From contig OX597821.1 in assembly GCA_951406725.2 (NCBI GenBank), forward strand, positions 92,876,001 to 92,940,000: DNA of 64,000 bases. Direction: 5' to 3'. The first letter of the stretch is position 1. Each line of letters starts with the position of its first letter. A model generated the notes under the pieces. It ran no database searches, had not been told where the DNA came from, and saw only the letters and a program-made list of their open reading frames with translations. The DNA comes from Octopus vulgaris (taxonomy: Eukaryota). The position numbers and the translations under genes were made by a program. This document shows, piece by piece, positions 13,528-26,814 of this stretch.

Positions 13528-15032
13528 TTAACGAGGATCGACCGGAGGGCAAGTCTGGTGCCAGCAGCCGCAGTAATTCCAGCTCCGGTAGCGTATATTT
13601 AAATTGTTGCGTTTGAAAAGCTCGTAGTCGGAATTCGGGTCTCGAAAACGTGCTCCAGCACGTTCGGGGCGACGGCGCCGTCGCAGGCGCGCTTCTGGCG
13701 CGTCCGCTCCGGTCGTCCGTTCGCACTCCCGGCCCTATTCGCCGGTGTGTGCGCAGTCGGGCCACGGAGCTCTGCTCGCGTCGCCGCCGCGTCGGCCGCC
13801 GTCCTGCGCTCGTCTTCGCCCGCGCGCGTCGTCCGGTTTCACGCCTGCGCGCGACCTCGTCGTCGCGCGGGTCGGTTCAGCGCGCACGGGAGCCACGAGG
13901 GTGCTCTTCGCCGAGTATCCGAGGCGGCCGGTACGTTCACTGTGAAAAAATTAGAGTGTCAGAGCGAGCCCCGCCGGCTTGCATACGAAAAGCATGGAAT
14001 GATGGAAAATGGCCTCGTCCGCGCGTCATCTGTCGGTCTCCGTTCACGACGAGGCAATGATCGAAGGGAGCTATCGCGGCCACTCGTATTGCGAAGTTAT
14101 AGGTGAAATTCTTGGATCGTCGCAAGACGCACTGCAGCGACGGCGTGTGGCAAGCATGTTTTCCTCGGTCAAGAGCGAAAGTCGGAGGTTAGAGGACGAT
14201 CAGATACCGTCGTAGTTCCGACCGTAAATGATGCCGACTGGCGTTCGCTTCGATGATCCGACGGGGAGCCTGCGTGGGAAACCATAGTCGGTTCCGGGGG
14301 GAGTATGGTTGCAAAACAGAAACTTAAAGGAATTGACGGAGGGGCACCACCAGGAGTGGAGCCTGCGGCTTAATTTGACTCAACACGGGAAAACTCACCC
14401 GGTCCGGACACCGGTTGGATTGACAGATCGATAGCTCTTTCTCGATTCGGTGGGTGGTGGTGCATGGCCGTTCTTAGTTGGTGGAGCGATCCGTCTGGTT
14501 GATTCCGATAACGAACGAGACTCCGGCATGCTAACTAGCGCGTCGATTAGTGCTTTTCCGGTAGCGCGGCGGCGCCGAAGCCGTCGTCGTTAGCTCCGCG
14601 CGCGGCCCGGGCTTGCCGTTGCCACCGCTCTCCTTCGCGTCCAGGGCTGCGACCGCGTCCGGCTGCCGTCCCCCTCGCGGCATGGTTGCGGCGTCGGTTG
14701 CGGAGCGGCGGTGGTGACTCGCTCGGCTCGGCCCGCGCGAGCCCGGCGGCGGCACGCCGACGCGTCCGGGCCAGTCAGTTGGCGAACGCAGCGCTTCTTA
14801 GAGGGACGGGCGGCAGAAAGCCGCACGAGGCGGAGCGATAACAGGTCTGTGATGCCCTTAGACGTCCGGGGCCGCACGCAGCCTACACTAGAGGTATCAG
14901 CGGGCGCGTCTCCCCTGACCCGAGAGGGTTGGGAAACCTCTGAACCACCTCCCGTGATAGGGATCGGGGCCTGGAACCAACCCCGTGAACGAGGAATTCC
15001 CGGTCGGCGCGGGTCATCAGCCCGCGTCGATC

Positions 15033-15073
<41 letters not shown>

Positions 15074-15169
15074 GATCTGGCCGACGAGTCCGCTTACGCG
15101 CGGCAGCGTTCCGCGCCGTCGTCGGCGCGTTCTCTGATGGCCCGGAGAAGACGACCGAACCCGATCGCT

Positions 15170-15200
<31 letters not shown>

Positions 15201-15227
15201 ATAGGTGAACCTGCGGAAGGATCATTA
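13528..15227 (+). rRNA. 18S: 18S rRNA, 5'-truncated orphan copy (probable pseudogene)
   Basis: Conserved blocks ggagggcaagtctggtgccagcagccgc, aaacttaaaggaattgacgg, gtggtgcatggccgttcttagttggtgga, ttgtacacaccgcccgtcgc, aagtcgtaacaagg...ggaaggatcatta; long GC-rich V4/V7 expansions; roughly the first 500 nt or more missing. Confidence 0.95.
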
Positions 15228-15761
15228 GCGCTGTTTTGAAAAAACCGCGATCCGCCCATTTCAAGTCGCGGCCGGGCCCCCTTCGCCCGAGTACCACCGA
15301 CTGCTCTTGTTTAGGCCCTCTAACAGCGCAGTGGCAGTAGCGCGACAGCTCGCTAACGTCGCGCACTTACTGCTGCTGCCGACCGCGCAACCACCTGCCA
15401 GCGCCGGCCCGCTCACATGGCGCTCGGACGACGGTGCTTGCACGCTTTGCGAGCTCCATGACGTTTCTCTCTTCCTTCCTACCTCGCCGTTGGCGACGGC
15501 CTAGGCCGAGGGCGCCGCCCAGCGCTTTCCGATGACCACCATAACGCGCGGCCGCTGTTCCTCGCCTCCTAGCGCGCAGTTTCTCCGCGAAACTTGCCGA
15601 GCCACAAGTCGCGGCCGGGCCCCCCACCCGAGTACCACCGAATGCTCTTGTTTAGGCCCTCTAACAGCGCAGTAGTAGCAGCAGCGGTGCAACAGCCCGC
15701 CAACTTGCCGTACTTTTGTCTGCTTCTGCTGCCGACCGCGCAACCACCTGCCGCTTACCGG

Positions 15762-15762
<1 letters not shown>
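15228..15762 (+). other. ITS1 fragment with internal duplication; no 5.8S or 28S follows
   Basis: GC-rich sequence directly after GGATCATTA; 15262-15400 repeated at 15605-15752; ends in (TA)n. Confidence 0.75.
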
Positions 15763-15825
<63 letters not shown>

Positions 15826-16172
15826 GACCGGCTTCCAAACAGTTTTCTTCAACAAATGTCACTCACGAAACACTGACGCAGTAGTATGAGGCACTGAACG
15901 TAAGACACAGGGTTTCCAAGCAAGCTTCTAAGCTGCACAGCTATACCTGCGCAAGTTAGCATAAACTGAGGAGCAGATACGCAAATATTTTAAATATTAC
16001 GAGTTTAATAAGGAAAATACAAACTCGACACTTTCAGATTAAGTAACTATGTCGCGCAAGCTGCATAAAAGCTATTTTAACAGAAAACACATATGTAAAG
16101 CTGCAAGAAATCCTAACCAAAATTCTCTCAGATACACCTTGCCATCTTATAAGAAGCAGATGCAGAATGAAA

Positions 16173-16558
16173 TCTCTCTCTATATAAACGGCAGTTTGTC
16201 TGTGCGTGTTTCTGTGTGTCTGTTTGCTTGTACCCTCACCCTGACCACGGCTTTCAACCGATTCTGATGAAACTTGATACACACATAGCCCAATGTCATA
16301 ATTCAAAACTAACGCAGCGAAAATTTTGAAAAGTTCCCCCAGTTCTGAAAAAAATCGATAAATTCGACATGGGGTCGAGAATCAGAAACACGAACCACAA
16401 ACTGTCTAGGGGTCGCAACTCCACCTTTTTTAAATCTCAAAAAAAAATTTACCATCATTTTTTTTCCATTTTTTTGCTATTTTTTGGCTATAACTCTCTA
16501 AAAATGCTTTATAGTTATTTCCCTTACAAACCTGAGCAACGCCGGGCGATACTGCTAG
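16173..16558 (+). mobile_element. Non-autonomous Helitron
   Basis: a|TCtctctctatataaacgg...cctgagcaacgccgggcgatactgCTAG|t. Confidence 0.8.
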
Positions 16559-16734
16559 TCATAGATATCTTTAAACGATTCAGGACTATTCACGATGGAA
16601 CACCTTTGACCATATTTCTGATCGATCAGGCCCGAGCTGTACCTAACAACAAAAACGATGAAAAACAAACTAAAATTCTTTCTCTGAACGGAAACTCTGT
16701 GCTAGGATATTAAAATCTTAATATTTGATACATA

Positions 16735-17155
16735 GGATCTTTTCGGTTGTAACGGCAGTTTTTTCTAGCGGTGTCATATGAAATTGTCACCCATAATTAT
16801 GACCCTAGTATCGATCTATTGCATTTCAGCCTGTTTTAGGGTTAGGGTTAGTTAGGGTTAGGAAACGGTATCTTTTTTTCTTGAACAAATGTAAATAAAC
16901 CCAATCTGTTTCTTAAACGAGGGATATAGTCATACGGCACAAAATGTTTTTTACCTCAATAGACGTCATTGATTGGTTGAAATTGCAGAAATTGAAGAAA
17001 AAACAACAACAAATATCTTACAAACCATAGAATTTTCTCAATAAAGCCAAGAGAAAATGATGTTTTATAAACACATTCTACCAGTGTACGAAGTTTAAAA
17101 GTGTTTAGTTACGTGGAGATTATGTAAAAAACTGCCGTCCAAACCGAAAAGATCC
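16735..17155. mobile_element. MITE, about 28-bp TIR (GGATCTTTTCGGTTTG..CGGCAGTTTTT), 8-bp TSD
   Basis: TSD gatacata on both sides; internal ttagggttagggttag. Confidence 0.92.
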
Positions 17156-17470
17156 GATACATAAAGTATCAAAGCTATTAATGTATATTGATTGTGTGCC
17201 TTTTACTCCTATTCGTCTCCAAGATGTATCACCTCTATTTTCGAGGATGACACTTCCGTGAACTAATCTAACAACTACATTCTAAATTGGAATTAGAGGA
17301 ATGGTTTTTATACCTGAAGGCTACATTGAAATAAATGTAATCTAGTATGGCTGCATTAAATATAATTTATTAAATTTACAGAAAATTGTAATTATATTTA
17401 TTGCAAAAATATACTCATATTAAAGTAAGAAATAAAATACAAACTAAACTTTTAATGACATCATATACAT

Positions 17471-17528
<58 letters not shown>

Positions 17529-17819
17529 AAACACACACATACAGACGCAGACAAACGCACACATACATGAGACAACAAATGAAAGAAAATAGCACTCAAT
17601 ATATTTGGAAGGCGTAACATATATTTTAATAACAGTTAAATTCGACTCCTTGTGACTTGAAATAAAATATTGTATGTAGGACATATTCCACCCATGAGAT
17701 GATAAGAGCAGCATCTGTTGAGATGGGCATGTCCACGAAAGTCATGCGGAACTGAGTCAAACTGTTTTACATACATACATGCATGCGTACATTCACACAC
17801 ATAGCTATATGTGTTTATG

Positions 17820-18047
17820 AAGGCGGCGAGCTGGCAGAAACGTTAGCACGCCGGGCGAAATGCGTTGCCGTATTTCGTCTGCTGTTACGTTCCGAGTTCA
17901 AATTCCGCTGAGGTCGACTTTGCCTTTCATCCTTCCGGGGTCGATAAATTAAGTACCAGTTACGCACTGGGGTCGATGTAATCGACTTAATCCGTTTGTC
18001 TGTCCTTGTTTGTCTCCTCTGTGTTTAGCCCCTTGTGGATAGTAAAG
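17820..18047 (+). mobile_element. SINE family B
   Basis: Matches family consensus. Confidence 0.85.
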
Positions 18048-18080
18048 ATATATATATGTGTTTGTGTGTGACAGTGCGCG

Positions 18081-18114
<34 letters not shown>

Positions 18115-18115
<1 letters not shown>

Positions 18116-18420
18116 CGAGGCGCAATGGCCCAGTGGTTAGAGCAACGGACACGCGGTTGTAGGATCGCGGTTTCGATTCCCAGACCGGGCGTTGCGAGTG
18201 TTTATTGAGCAAAAACACCTAAAAGCTCCACGAGGCTCCGGCACGGGGTGGTGGCGATCCCTGCTGTACTCTTTCGCCACAACTTTCTCTCACTCTTTCT
18301 TCTGTTGGCCTGCTCCCTTACCCAGCGGAGTGGCGTCATTGAAGGCTAAAACAATGCGAAGTGCATTGTGACCAGCGATGTGTAGCAGCAACATCTGATA
18401 GCCTGGTTGGTCACGGTGAT
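18115..18420 (+). mobile_element. tRNA-derived SINE family C, variant 3' half
   Basis: Head gaggcgcaatggcccagtggttag...ggtttcgattcccagaccggg; tail differs from 27901, 31581 and 61693. Confidence 0.8.
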
Positions 18421-18444
18421 ATACATGTATAAACATTTTTGCGA

Positions 18445-19210
18445 ATAGAATGAGGTTAGAAATCATTGACACTTTTGTTTGTCTTGAAAGCAAACTATCA
18501 AGAGATGGTGGTCTTGATGCAGAGATATACTATCGAATACGGATGGGAAGTGTTACATTTGGAAAACTCGAAAAGCGAGTATGGGCGGATAGAGGTATTT
18601 CCCCGCAGGCGATATTCAGTGTCTATAAAACGTGTGTATTGAATGCACTCCTTTATTCGAGTGAGACGTGGACCACTTAAAGGTGTCATATGAAAATGCT
18701 GGAGAGATTTCATCAAAAGTGCCTCAGACGTATCTTGGGAGTCAAGTGAGGAAGTTTCATATTAGATACAGAAGTTTTGCGCATGGCACGTTGTATTTCA
18801 ATTGAACAACATGTTATCTTGGCTCATATGAGATGGGCTGGACATGTTATTAGCATGATGGATGAGCGATTGCCAAAGCGTCTTTTTTATGGTGAGCTCA
18901 ATTCTGTTAATCGGCCACTTCATAAGCCGAGGGAAAGGTATAAAGATTGTGGGAAGGAAAACCTAAAGAAACTAGATATGAACTAAAGTGATTGGGAAAC
19001 TGATGTTCTGGATCGGAACAAGTTGAGAGATGCTGTTAGGACTGTTTGCAAAGCCTGATAGGAAAAAAAGATTCAGTCCTCTGAGCTTAAAAGGGTCTGT
19101 CACAAAGGAACGAATGGAAATGAAATCAACAGGGAACATTGGAAACGTATTATGTGTAATCGTGTTCTGTTGTCAAAAGCAGGATACGTGAATCATGAAG
19201 TTACATGAAA
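18445..19210 (+). pseudogene. Decayed RTE-clade LINE ORF (end of RT and C-terminus)
   Basis: IIDTFVCLESKLSRDGGLDAEIYYRI..VYKTCVLNALLYSSETWT; MRWAGHVISMMDERLPKRLFYGEL; in-frame stops. Confidence 0.85.
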
Positions 19211-19392
19211 ATCGAAATGCCCAGGTAAGTAATTAATCTTAAACACAAATCGCCTCTTACGACTTGTGTCATATGACACTTAACTTGTAACCAATATCTG
19301 AACTTAAAAGAGATAAGCTAGTTCACAAAAACGGAATCAGATTCCAAAGAGCAATGATGTAAAAGAAACTAGCATAATATCTGTCACTTGTA

Positions 19393-19822
19393 ATGCGGCG
19401 AGCTGGCTGAAACGTTAGCACGCTGGGGGAAATTCTTAGCAGTATTTCGCCTGTCTTTACGTTCTGAGTTCAAATTCCGCCAAGGTCGACCTTGCCTTTC
19501 ATCTTTCGGGGTCGATAAATTAAGTGCCAGTTACGCACTAGGGTCGGTGTAATCGACTTAATCCCTTTGTCTGTCCTTGTTTGTCCCCTATATGTTTAGT
19601 CCCTTGTGGGCAATAAAAAAAAAAGAAACGTTAAGCACGCTGGGCGAAATTCTTAGCAGTATTTCGTCTGTCTTTACGTTCTGAGTTCAAATTCCGCCGA
19701 GGTTAACTTTGCCTTTCATCTTTCGGTGTCGATGAATTAAGCGCCAGTTGAGTACTGGAGTCGATGTTATTGACTAGCCTCCTCACACAAAATTTCGGGT
19801 CTGGTGCATAGAGTAGAAAATA
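19393..19822 (+). mobile_element. SINE family B, tandem dimer
   Basis: Two successive gaaacgttagcacg...ttctgagttcaaattccgcc units. Confidence 0.8.
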
Positions 19823-20358
19823 ATTTCTGTTGCTTGTGTTTTCATCTGAGGGCTCATCAACGGAGGGATTGTGCTGTGTGATGGGATGTGGTGTGTTTGT
19901 TGATGGGATGGCTATCATCTGTCAAGCTGAATCAATCATCATATATATATAAAATTCTGCTTAACACGATCAATAATCACTTGTCAGAAAAATATAAGTG
20001 TATCAAAAAGTGCTTCAACACTGACTGGATGGATTATAAATCATTTGATAAAACTAAAGTCAAGAGTATATTACCAGCGGTTTCATGCATTCAAAATAGT
20101 CTGCATTTATTTAATTTGAAATATAAGATATTACACAATTGTAGCTGACAAGAATGTGTTGTCATATCACAGGTGAAGAGAGATGCAACGTCATTAATCT
20201 AATTTTAAAGGCTGTCACATATAATGTACGAAGTCTAAGATAATTATCTCATTCTTGGATTGTTTCTTATCCGGTATTCTTAATTGAATATTCCCCAGTT
20301 TGAAACCATTATTATTAGATTAGATAACTATCTTAAATTCAATCATATATATATATAT

Positions 20359-20610
20359 GACTATAAATAAGGGTGTCCGAGGGACACCACCATGCCGAAA
20401 TAGCAGTCAAACCCAGACACTAAAAACCACCTAAAATGTTCATACCTCACAATGAGATATGGTGTGATATGAACATTTTAGGTGGTTTTTAGAGTCAGGG
20501 TTTGACTGCTATTTCGGCATGGTGGTGTCTCTCAGACACCCTTATTTATAGTTGTAAAAAATTATTATCTTTGTATGATATTTATTCCCATGCTGGCCAC
20601 TTGATAAAAT
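20359..20610. repeat. Fold-back element in (TA)n (about 85-bp arms, short spacer)
   Basis: 20360-20443 is the imperfect reverse complement of 20468-20552. Confidence 0.85.
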
Positions 20611-21070
20611 CGATATTATAAATATCGATAAATATATATATTATTTATATATATATCTTAGTATGTTGGTAACATGTAACCGAATACAACCTGTCGCATG
20701 TTTGGCGACCAAACTGACAAACCTACTGACCCTGCATTATTAAAACAGTAGTTTTCGTTTGACATCCAACACGGTGAGAAGCAAAAACCAATCAAGACTT
20801 CAGTAAAATCAACAGCCATCCAACAGATGGCGGTTAGAAACCCGTAGTCTTTGTTTAGACATCCCTCTAGGATAAGAAAATTCCGAAATTAACTCCCACC
20901 TCATTGCGAAGCCGTAGATCTTTCTATTGCTTGTTTTAGGATTTCTTGGTTTGTAAGTGAGAATCATAGCGATGTTATGCAACATATTATTGTCTTTAAA
21001 TTTCAGCTCGTACATTGCTGACTGCCGTTGTTTTTAACATGCAGGATAATTTGTCATATAGATTTCACTG

Positions 21071-21406
21071 TGTGGCGCATGGCTCAGTGATTAGAGCGTC
21101 GAGCTTACGATCGTGAGGTTGTGAGCTCGAATCCCGGACCGGGCTGCGTGTTGTGTTCTTGGGCAAGGCACTTTATTTCACGTTGCTCCAGTTCACTCAG
21201 CTGTAGAAATGAGCTGCGACGTCACTGGTGCCAAGCTGTATCGACCTTTGTCCTTCCCTTGGATAACACTGGTGGCGTGGAGAGGGGAGGCTGGTATGCA
21301 TGGGCGACTACTGGTCTTCCATAAACAACCTCGCCCGGACTTGTGTCTAGGAGGGTAACTTTCTAGGTGCAATCCCATGGTCTGTGTCGTGACCGAAGGG
21401 GGTCTC
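21071..21406 (+). mobile_element. tRNA-derived SINE (family D)
   Basis: tggctcagtgattagagcgtcg...gctcgaatccc head; tgtgttcttgggcaaggcacttt core; its 3' part recurs at 3326-3398. Confidence 0.75.
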
Positions 21407-22786
21407 CGAATACTTGATGATATACCACATGAATGTATTATGATCATTATTGATGATATGTCGTTATTACCATGACCAGTATCAGGCCTTGTGCCTATAG
21501 TAGAAAGGATTATCGCGACCAGTATCGTTATCCTCATTAGCAACGGTCAACAAAGAAGCCTTCTTCTCATTACTTGACTCACCATTAATAGCAGCCAAAT
21601 TCCCCAGAGATTACACACTACTATTTTAAAAATAGGGAAAACATATTAAAAGAGGGAAACGTATTAAATAATGAAGTCACATACACAGCTTATCTGGGAA
21701 AATGTTTTGATGGTTATGCTGCTAGAATACCTTTAATGAGTTCAACTCCGGATTGGAGCAGACCTGGGAAAAAAATAACAGCAACAACTATAATAAAATC
21801 TCACCAGATGAAGGTGGAAAACACACCTAGTCGAAAAAAAATTCCTTTATCTTTTTCTTTTCTATTTTCCATTTTAAACTCAAATGAGAGGCTGTGTCTG
21901 TGGTGAGTTGTGTGGGTATTAGGAATGGGGTTGTGTGACAACAGTTGGTCTGCAGTCGATACTATCACAGAAGTTTCATTTATCCAAAGGAATAAAAAGC
22001 TTTTCCTTTAATCTTAGATATTTTGCCCTGAGGAAACAAGACAGCAAAGCTGATAATTGTAACAACAACATGAAAGAGATAGAAAAACTTTTAGATATTC
22101 CCTAACAAAACAAGAATAAAATTGGAGAAAAAATCCATAAAGAAAATAAGTAAAAGAAAATATAAAAACAAAATTAATAGAAATACTTTTCTTACAAACA
22201 ATATTTTTTCAAAGTTTTCGCCAAAAGTTTTGTAGTTCTAATTCTGAACTTTGCAAGTTTCCTTTAATTATTCAATATTTTCTTGTCCATTAACCTTTAA
22301 ATGATTAGACTGGCTGCTTTGCAGAATCGTTAGGATATGGGAGAAAATGTTTTATCCGATTTAATCCCAGCATGTGTTGCATTCTTAGTTCAAATTCTGC
22401 TGAGGTTAACTTTGCTTTTCTTCTTTCCTGGGCCTATACAACGAAGAACTAGTGAAGCACTGTAGGGCGATTTTATCGACCCACTGATATTTTATTGGTG
22501 TTTCCTAGACTTATTTAATCAAAGGGTTAAAGATGAGGATCAAAACTAAATCTTCTTTGTGTTGCTTGAATTTCATACACGGATAAGTGTATACCCTGGA
22601 GCAGACACAGCATCCCTATGACGAACATTGAGTCTGGATATTAGTTTTGAAAGACAAAATCCTGGAACAATGCAATAATATACAGGGTATGAGGTGCATC
22701 CATAATCAAGTCTGATGCAGTTTGATACTAGAATCATTATATTATAGCAAATCCCTATGATTAATAATTAACCATAAAATCTAACC

Positions 22787-23179
22787 AGGAGTGGCTGTGT
22801 GGTAAGTAGCTTGTTTACCAACCACATGGTTCCGGGTTCAGCCCCACTGCGTGGCACCTTGGGCAAGTGTCTTCTACTATAGCCTCGGGCCGACCAAAGC
22901 CTTGTGAGTGGATTTGGTAGACGGAAACTGAAAGAAGCCCGTCGTATATATGTATGCATATATATATGCGTGTGTGTGTTTGTCCCACTAGCATTGCTTG
23001 ACAACCGATGCTGGTGTGTTTATGTTCCCGTAACTTAGCGGTTCGGCAAAAGAGACCGATAGAATAAGTACTGGGCTTACAAAAGAATAAATCCCGGGGT
23101 CGAGTTGCTCGATTAAAGGCGGTGCTCCAGCATGGCCGCAGTCAATTGACTGAAACAAGTAAAAGAGAGAGTAAGAGTA
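22787..23179 (+). mobile_element. SINE family A
   Basis: Matches consensus. Confidence 0.88.
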
Positions 23180-23457
23180 TATTCACTGTTCAAACTCAAA
23201 TAATTTTGTTATTATAAAGGCTGGCCTAGTTCAGAATGTTTTTTAGATCATTCTTTAGCTCGGTCACATCATCATCTGTGAGTGGCCCAGCCGAAGTCTC
23301 CAGAGAGATTTAGTTGCGTGTCATCACAGCTGACTCTGTGAGATGTCATGCGTAACTCTTTCGTAGTACAGCGTAGTCAATCTCTCTCTGATAGAGAGAA
23401 GAGGTTGAGAGAAAAATAGAAATTGGCATTTCTGCTTGACTGACTGGTATTTTACCA

Positions 23458-23864
23458 ACTCTCTCTTTACTCTTTTACTTGTTTCAGTCATTTGACTGCG
23501 GCCATGCTGGAGCACCGCCTTTAGTCGAGCAACTCGACCCCGGGACTTATTCTTTTTGTAAGCCCAGTACTTATTCTATCGGTCTCTTTTTGCCGAACCG
23601 CTAAGTGACGGGGACGTAAACACACCAGCATCGGTTGTCAAGCAATGCTAGGGGAACAAACACAGACACACAAACACACACACACATACATATATATACA
23701 TATATACGACAGGCTTCTTTCAGTTTCCGTCTACCAAATCCACTCACAAGGCTTTGGTCGGCCCGGGGCTATAGCAGAAGACACTTGTCCAAGATGCCAC
23801 GCAGTGGGACTGAACCCGGAACCATGTGGTTGGTTAGCAAACTACTTACCACACAGCCACTCCT
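23458..23864 (-). mobile_element. SINE family A
   Basis: Matches consensus; inverted relative to the 22787 copy. Confidence 0.88.
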
Positions 23865-24424
23865 GAAAGGAAAGAATGCAAATCTTTGAGAAGATTTGAA
23901 CTCAGAACATAAACAAACATAAATGCTTCTGATTTACTATCTTTCAGCTCAGTGTGTAAATGAGAAAAAAATGTGAAGAAAAAAATCAATATAAGCTACC
24001 AAAAGAGTAAAAGATAAACTTTTTTATACGTATTTATTTTTAATACACATTTATATATGTGTGGCGATAAAACACCGTATTCAGAGATTCAAAGCATTAA
24101 GAGCGAAACCCTGTGTTTTTAATACAATATCTTTGAGAAGTTTCTCTGCAACAAAATTTTGCAATTAGTGCCATTCCAAATTTGTATATACATTATAAAT
24201 GTTTATACACACTGGTATCTTAATCTAATGCTGTTTCATCTGTTATGTTAATTTAATACTTACCTAGCTAGCTTTCGCCCAAACCACTACATATGTTTTG
24301 TCTATCGATTTCTATATGCGAACAAGTTTTTGTCACTGAGGAGACTAAATCAAATGGAACACTATAACTGGTAATCCGCTGACACTCACACTGCTTTTAA
24401 TACGTAAATCTATGGAAAGTTTCT

Positions 24425-24850
24425 GGATCTTTTCGGTTTGACCGGCAGCTTTTTCTAGCGGTGTCATATGAAATTGTCACCCATAATTATGACCCTAGTA
24501 TCGATCTATTGCATTTCAATACGTTTTAGGGTTAGGGTTAGTTAGGGTTAGAGGTGGGGAGAAGGGTATTTTTTTCCTTCAGAAATATAAATAAACCCAA
24601 TCTGTTTCTGAAACGAGGGACATATTCATACGGCACAGAATGTTTTCCCCTCAATGGACGTCATTGATTGGTTGAAATTGCAGAAATTGAAGAAAAAAAA
24701 CAACAAATATCTTACAAACTATAGAATTTTCTCAATAAAGCCAAGAGAAAAAGATGTTTTATAAACACATTCTACCAGTATACGAAATTTAAAAGTGTTT
24801 AGTTACGTGGAAATTATTTTAAAAAACTGCCGGTCAAACCGAAAAGATCC
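24425..24850. mobile_element. MITE (GGATC-TIR family), 8-bp TSD
   Basis: TIRs ggatcttttcggtttgaccggcag / ctgccggtcaaaccgaaaagatcc; TSD aagtttct. Confidence 0.92.
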
Positions 24851-25232
24851 AAGTTTCTCTGAGACAAAATATTACAGTGAGTGCCGTTTCACGTTTGTAT
24901 ATACATGTGTTCTATATTCAGGTATGTTAACTCAGAGAGAGAGAATTGGGGAGGAATAATAATGTGTGTCTACATAAAATGTGTTTGTTGCCGTTTCTAG
25001 AGAGGAAATGTTTGAGAAGTTATTTATTAAGCGTAAAAGGGATGAAAGAACCAAGTGGATGCATGAAAATTAAACATTTCATTGGTTGATGAAATGTTAA
25101 TCTCAACTAAGTTCATGTTGATGGATTAGTCGAGATCCAACGCTTGTGATTGGTGGAAATAAATTGTGTGCCAGATGAGCCAACTTTTCTCAAAATTTCT
25201 TCATTCGTCTGTACACAATATGTCAGTCACCA

Positions 25233-25447
25233 AAGGTAGCGAGCTAGCAGAAACGTTAGCACGCCGGGCGAAAGACTTAGCGGTGTTTCGTCTGCCGCTA
25301 CGTTCTGAGTTCAAATTCCACTGAGGTCGACTTTGCCTTTCCTCCTTCCGGGGTTGATAAATACCAATTGCGTACTGGGGTCGATCTCATCGACTGCCCC
25401 CCCCCCAAAAAAAAAAATTCGGGCCTTATACCTAGAGTAGAAAAGAA
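25233..25447 (+). mobile_element. SINE family B
   Basis: Matches consensus, with the alternative tail gggccttatacctagagtagaaaag. Confidence 0.8.
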
Positions 25448-25637
25448 TATGACAGTCACTGATTGGTTATCAATGGAGTCAGGACTAAATATTATGTAAG
25501 ATCAAAATCCTTTAAGCAATGGAGAAGAGCTCTTCAATACAACCTAGAATCCCATCTAGGAACAGTGACATAGCTAATAGGGAAGCAAAGTGAGCAACAA
25601 CCCCAACAAAGCATATTTTTCAAAATTGGCGTCTTTT

Positions 25638-25966
25638 CCACATGGTTCCGGGTTCAGTCCCACTGCGTGGCACCTTGGACAAGTGTCTTCTACTAGAGTC
25701 TCCGGTCGACCAAAGCCTTGTGAGTGGTTTTGGTAGATGGAAACTGAAAGAAGCCCGTCGTATATATGTGTATATATATATATGTGTGTGTGTGTGTGTA
25801 CGTTTGTGTGTCTGTGTTTGTCCCCCCAACATCGCTTGACATCCGATGCTGGTGTGTTTACGTACCCCTTAACTTAGCGGTTCGGCAAAAGAGACCGATA
25901 GAATAAGTACTAGGCTTACAGAGAATAAGTCCTGAGCTAGGGGGACAAACACAGACACACAAACAT

Positions 25967-26011
<45 letters not shown>

Positions 26012-26183
26012 CATATATACGACGGGCTTCTTTCAGTTTCCGTCTACCAAATCCACTCACAAGGCTTTGGTCGGACCGAGGCTATAGTAGAAGACACATG
26101 CTCAAGGTGCCATGCAGTGGGACTGAACCCGGAACCATGTGGTTGGTAAGCAAGCTACTTACCACACAGCCACTCCTGCGCCT
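25638..26183. mobile_element. Two truncated family A SINEs fused tail-to-tail (25638-25934 plus; 25937-26183 minus)
   Basis: Orientation switches at about 25935. Confidence 0.85.
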
Positions 26184-26814
26184 TTCTCTAACATTTTACA
26201 TAGATCAACCTATACAATGTGGGAAAAGCAGAAAAGAATTTTGGAAGAAGTTTCTATAAAACTAGTTTTTAAACATCGCATGGCTAAGGGAGGGGGCCAC
26301 CAGAATAACCAAAGGTGTCCATAGATTTTTAAAAATGGTTGAAAACCCCTGCTCTAGTTACCAGCATGTATACTTCTCAATAAAGTTACTTAAATATTTA
26401 TGCAGCAAACAATATACATAAACGCAGACGAGGGCAACAATAGCAAACTCCCTCATTCACAAAATGCCACGTATAAGAAGAGGTTGCAAATAGTGACACG
26501 TAGCAAAGACAACAGTGGTGCCCCAGCGTGGCCACATCTCACAAGTTGATATCAGTAAACAAAAAAAAAATCAAAAACTATTAGAATAACTAAAAAAAAA
26601 TATCGATTCATCTATCTTTTAACAAGGGGCACAGTCAGCATATTTGATGTGCGGAACATTAAGCGATAATCAGAAATAAACAGAAGTAATGTTTATCGTC
26701 ACTTCATCGTGGTTTTACCATAGGAACCGATGTTACCATTTTTAACCCCAGGAGGAATCTTCCTCCAGCTGGTTATCAATATAATCTTCTCAGTATAGTT
26801 ATTACTTTCATCTC

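Noticed and set aside
13460-15743. Arg/Ala-rich ORFs
   Set aside because: Spurious frames over GC-rich rDNA
20370-20414. Hammerhead-like gggtgt..ccGAAAtagcaGTCaaaccc in both arms of the fold-back
   Set aside because: Core and stem II do not fit; better explained as the reverse complement of the second conserved motif
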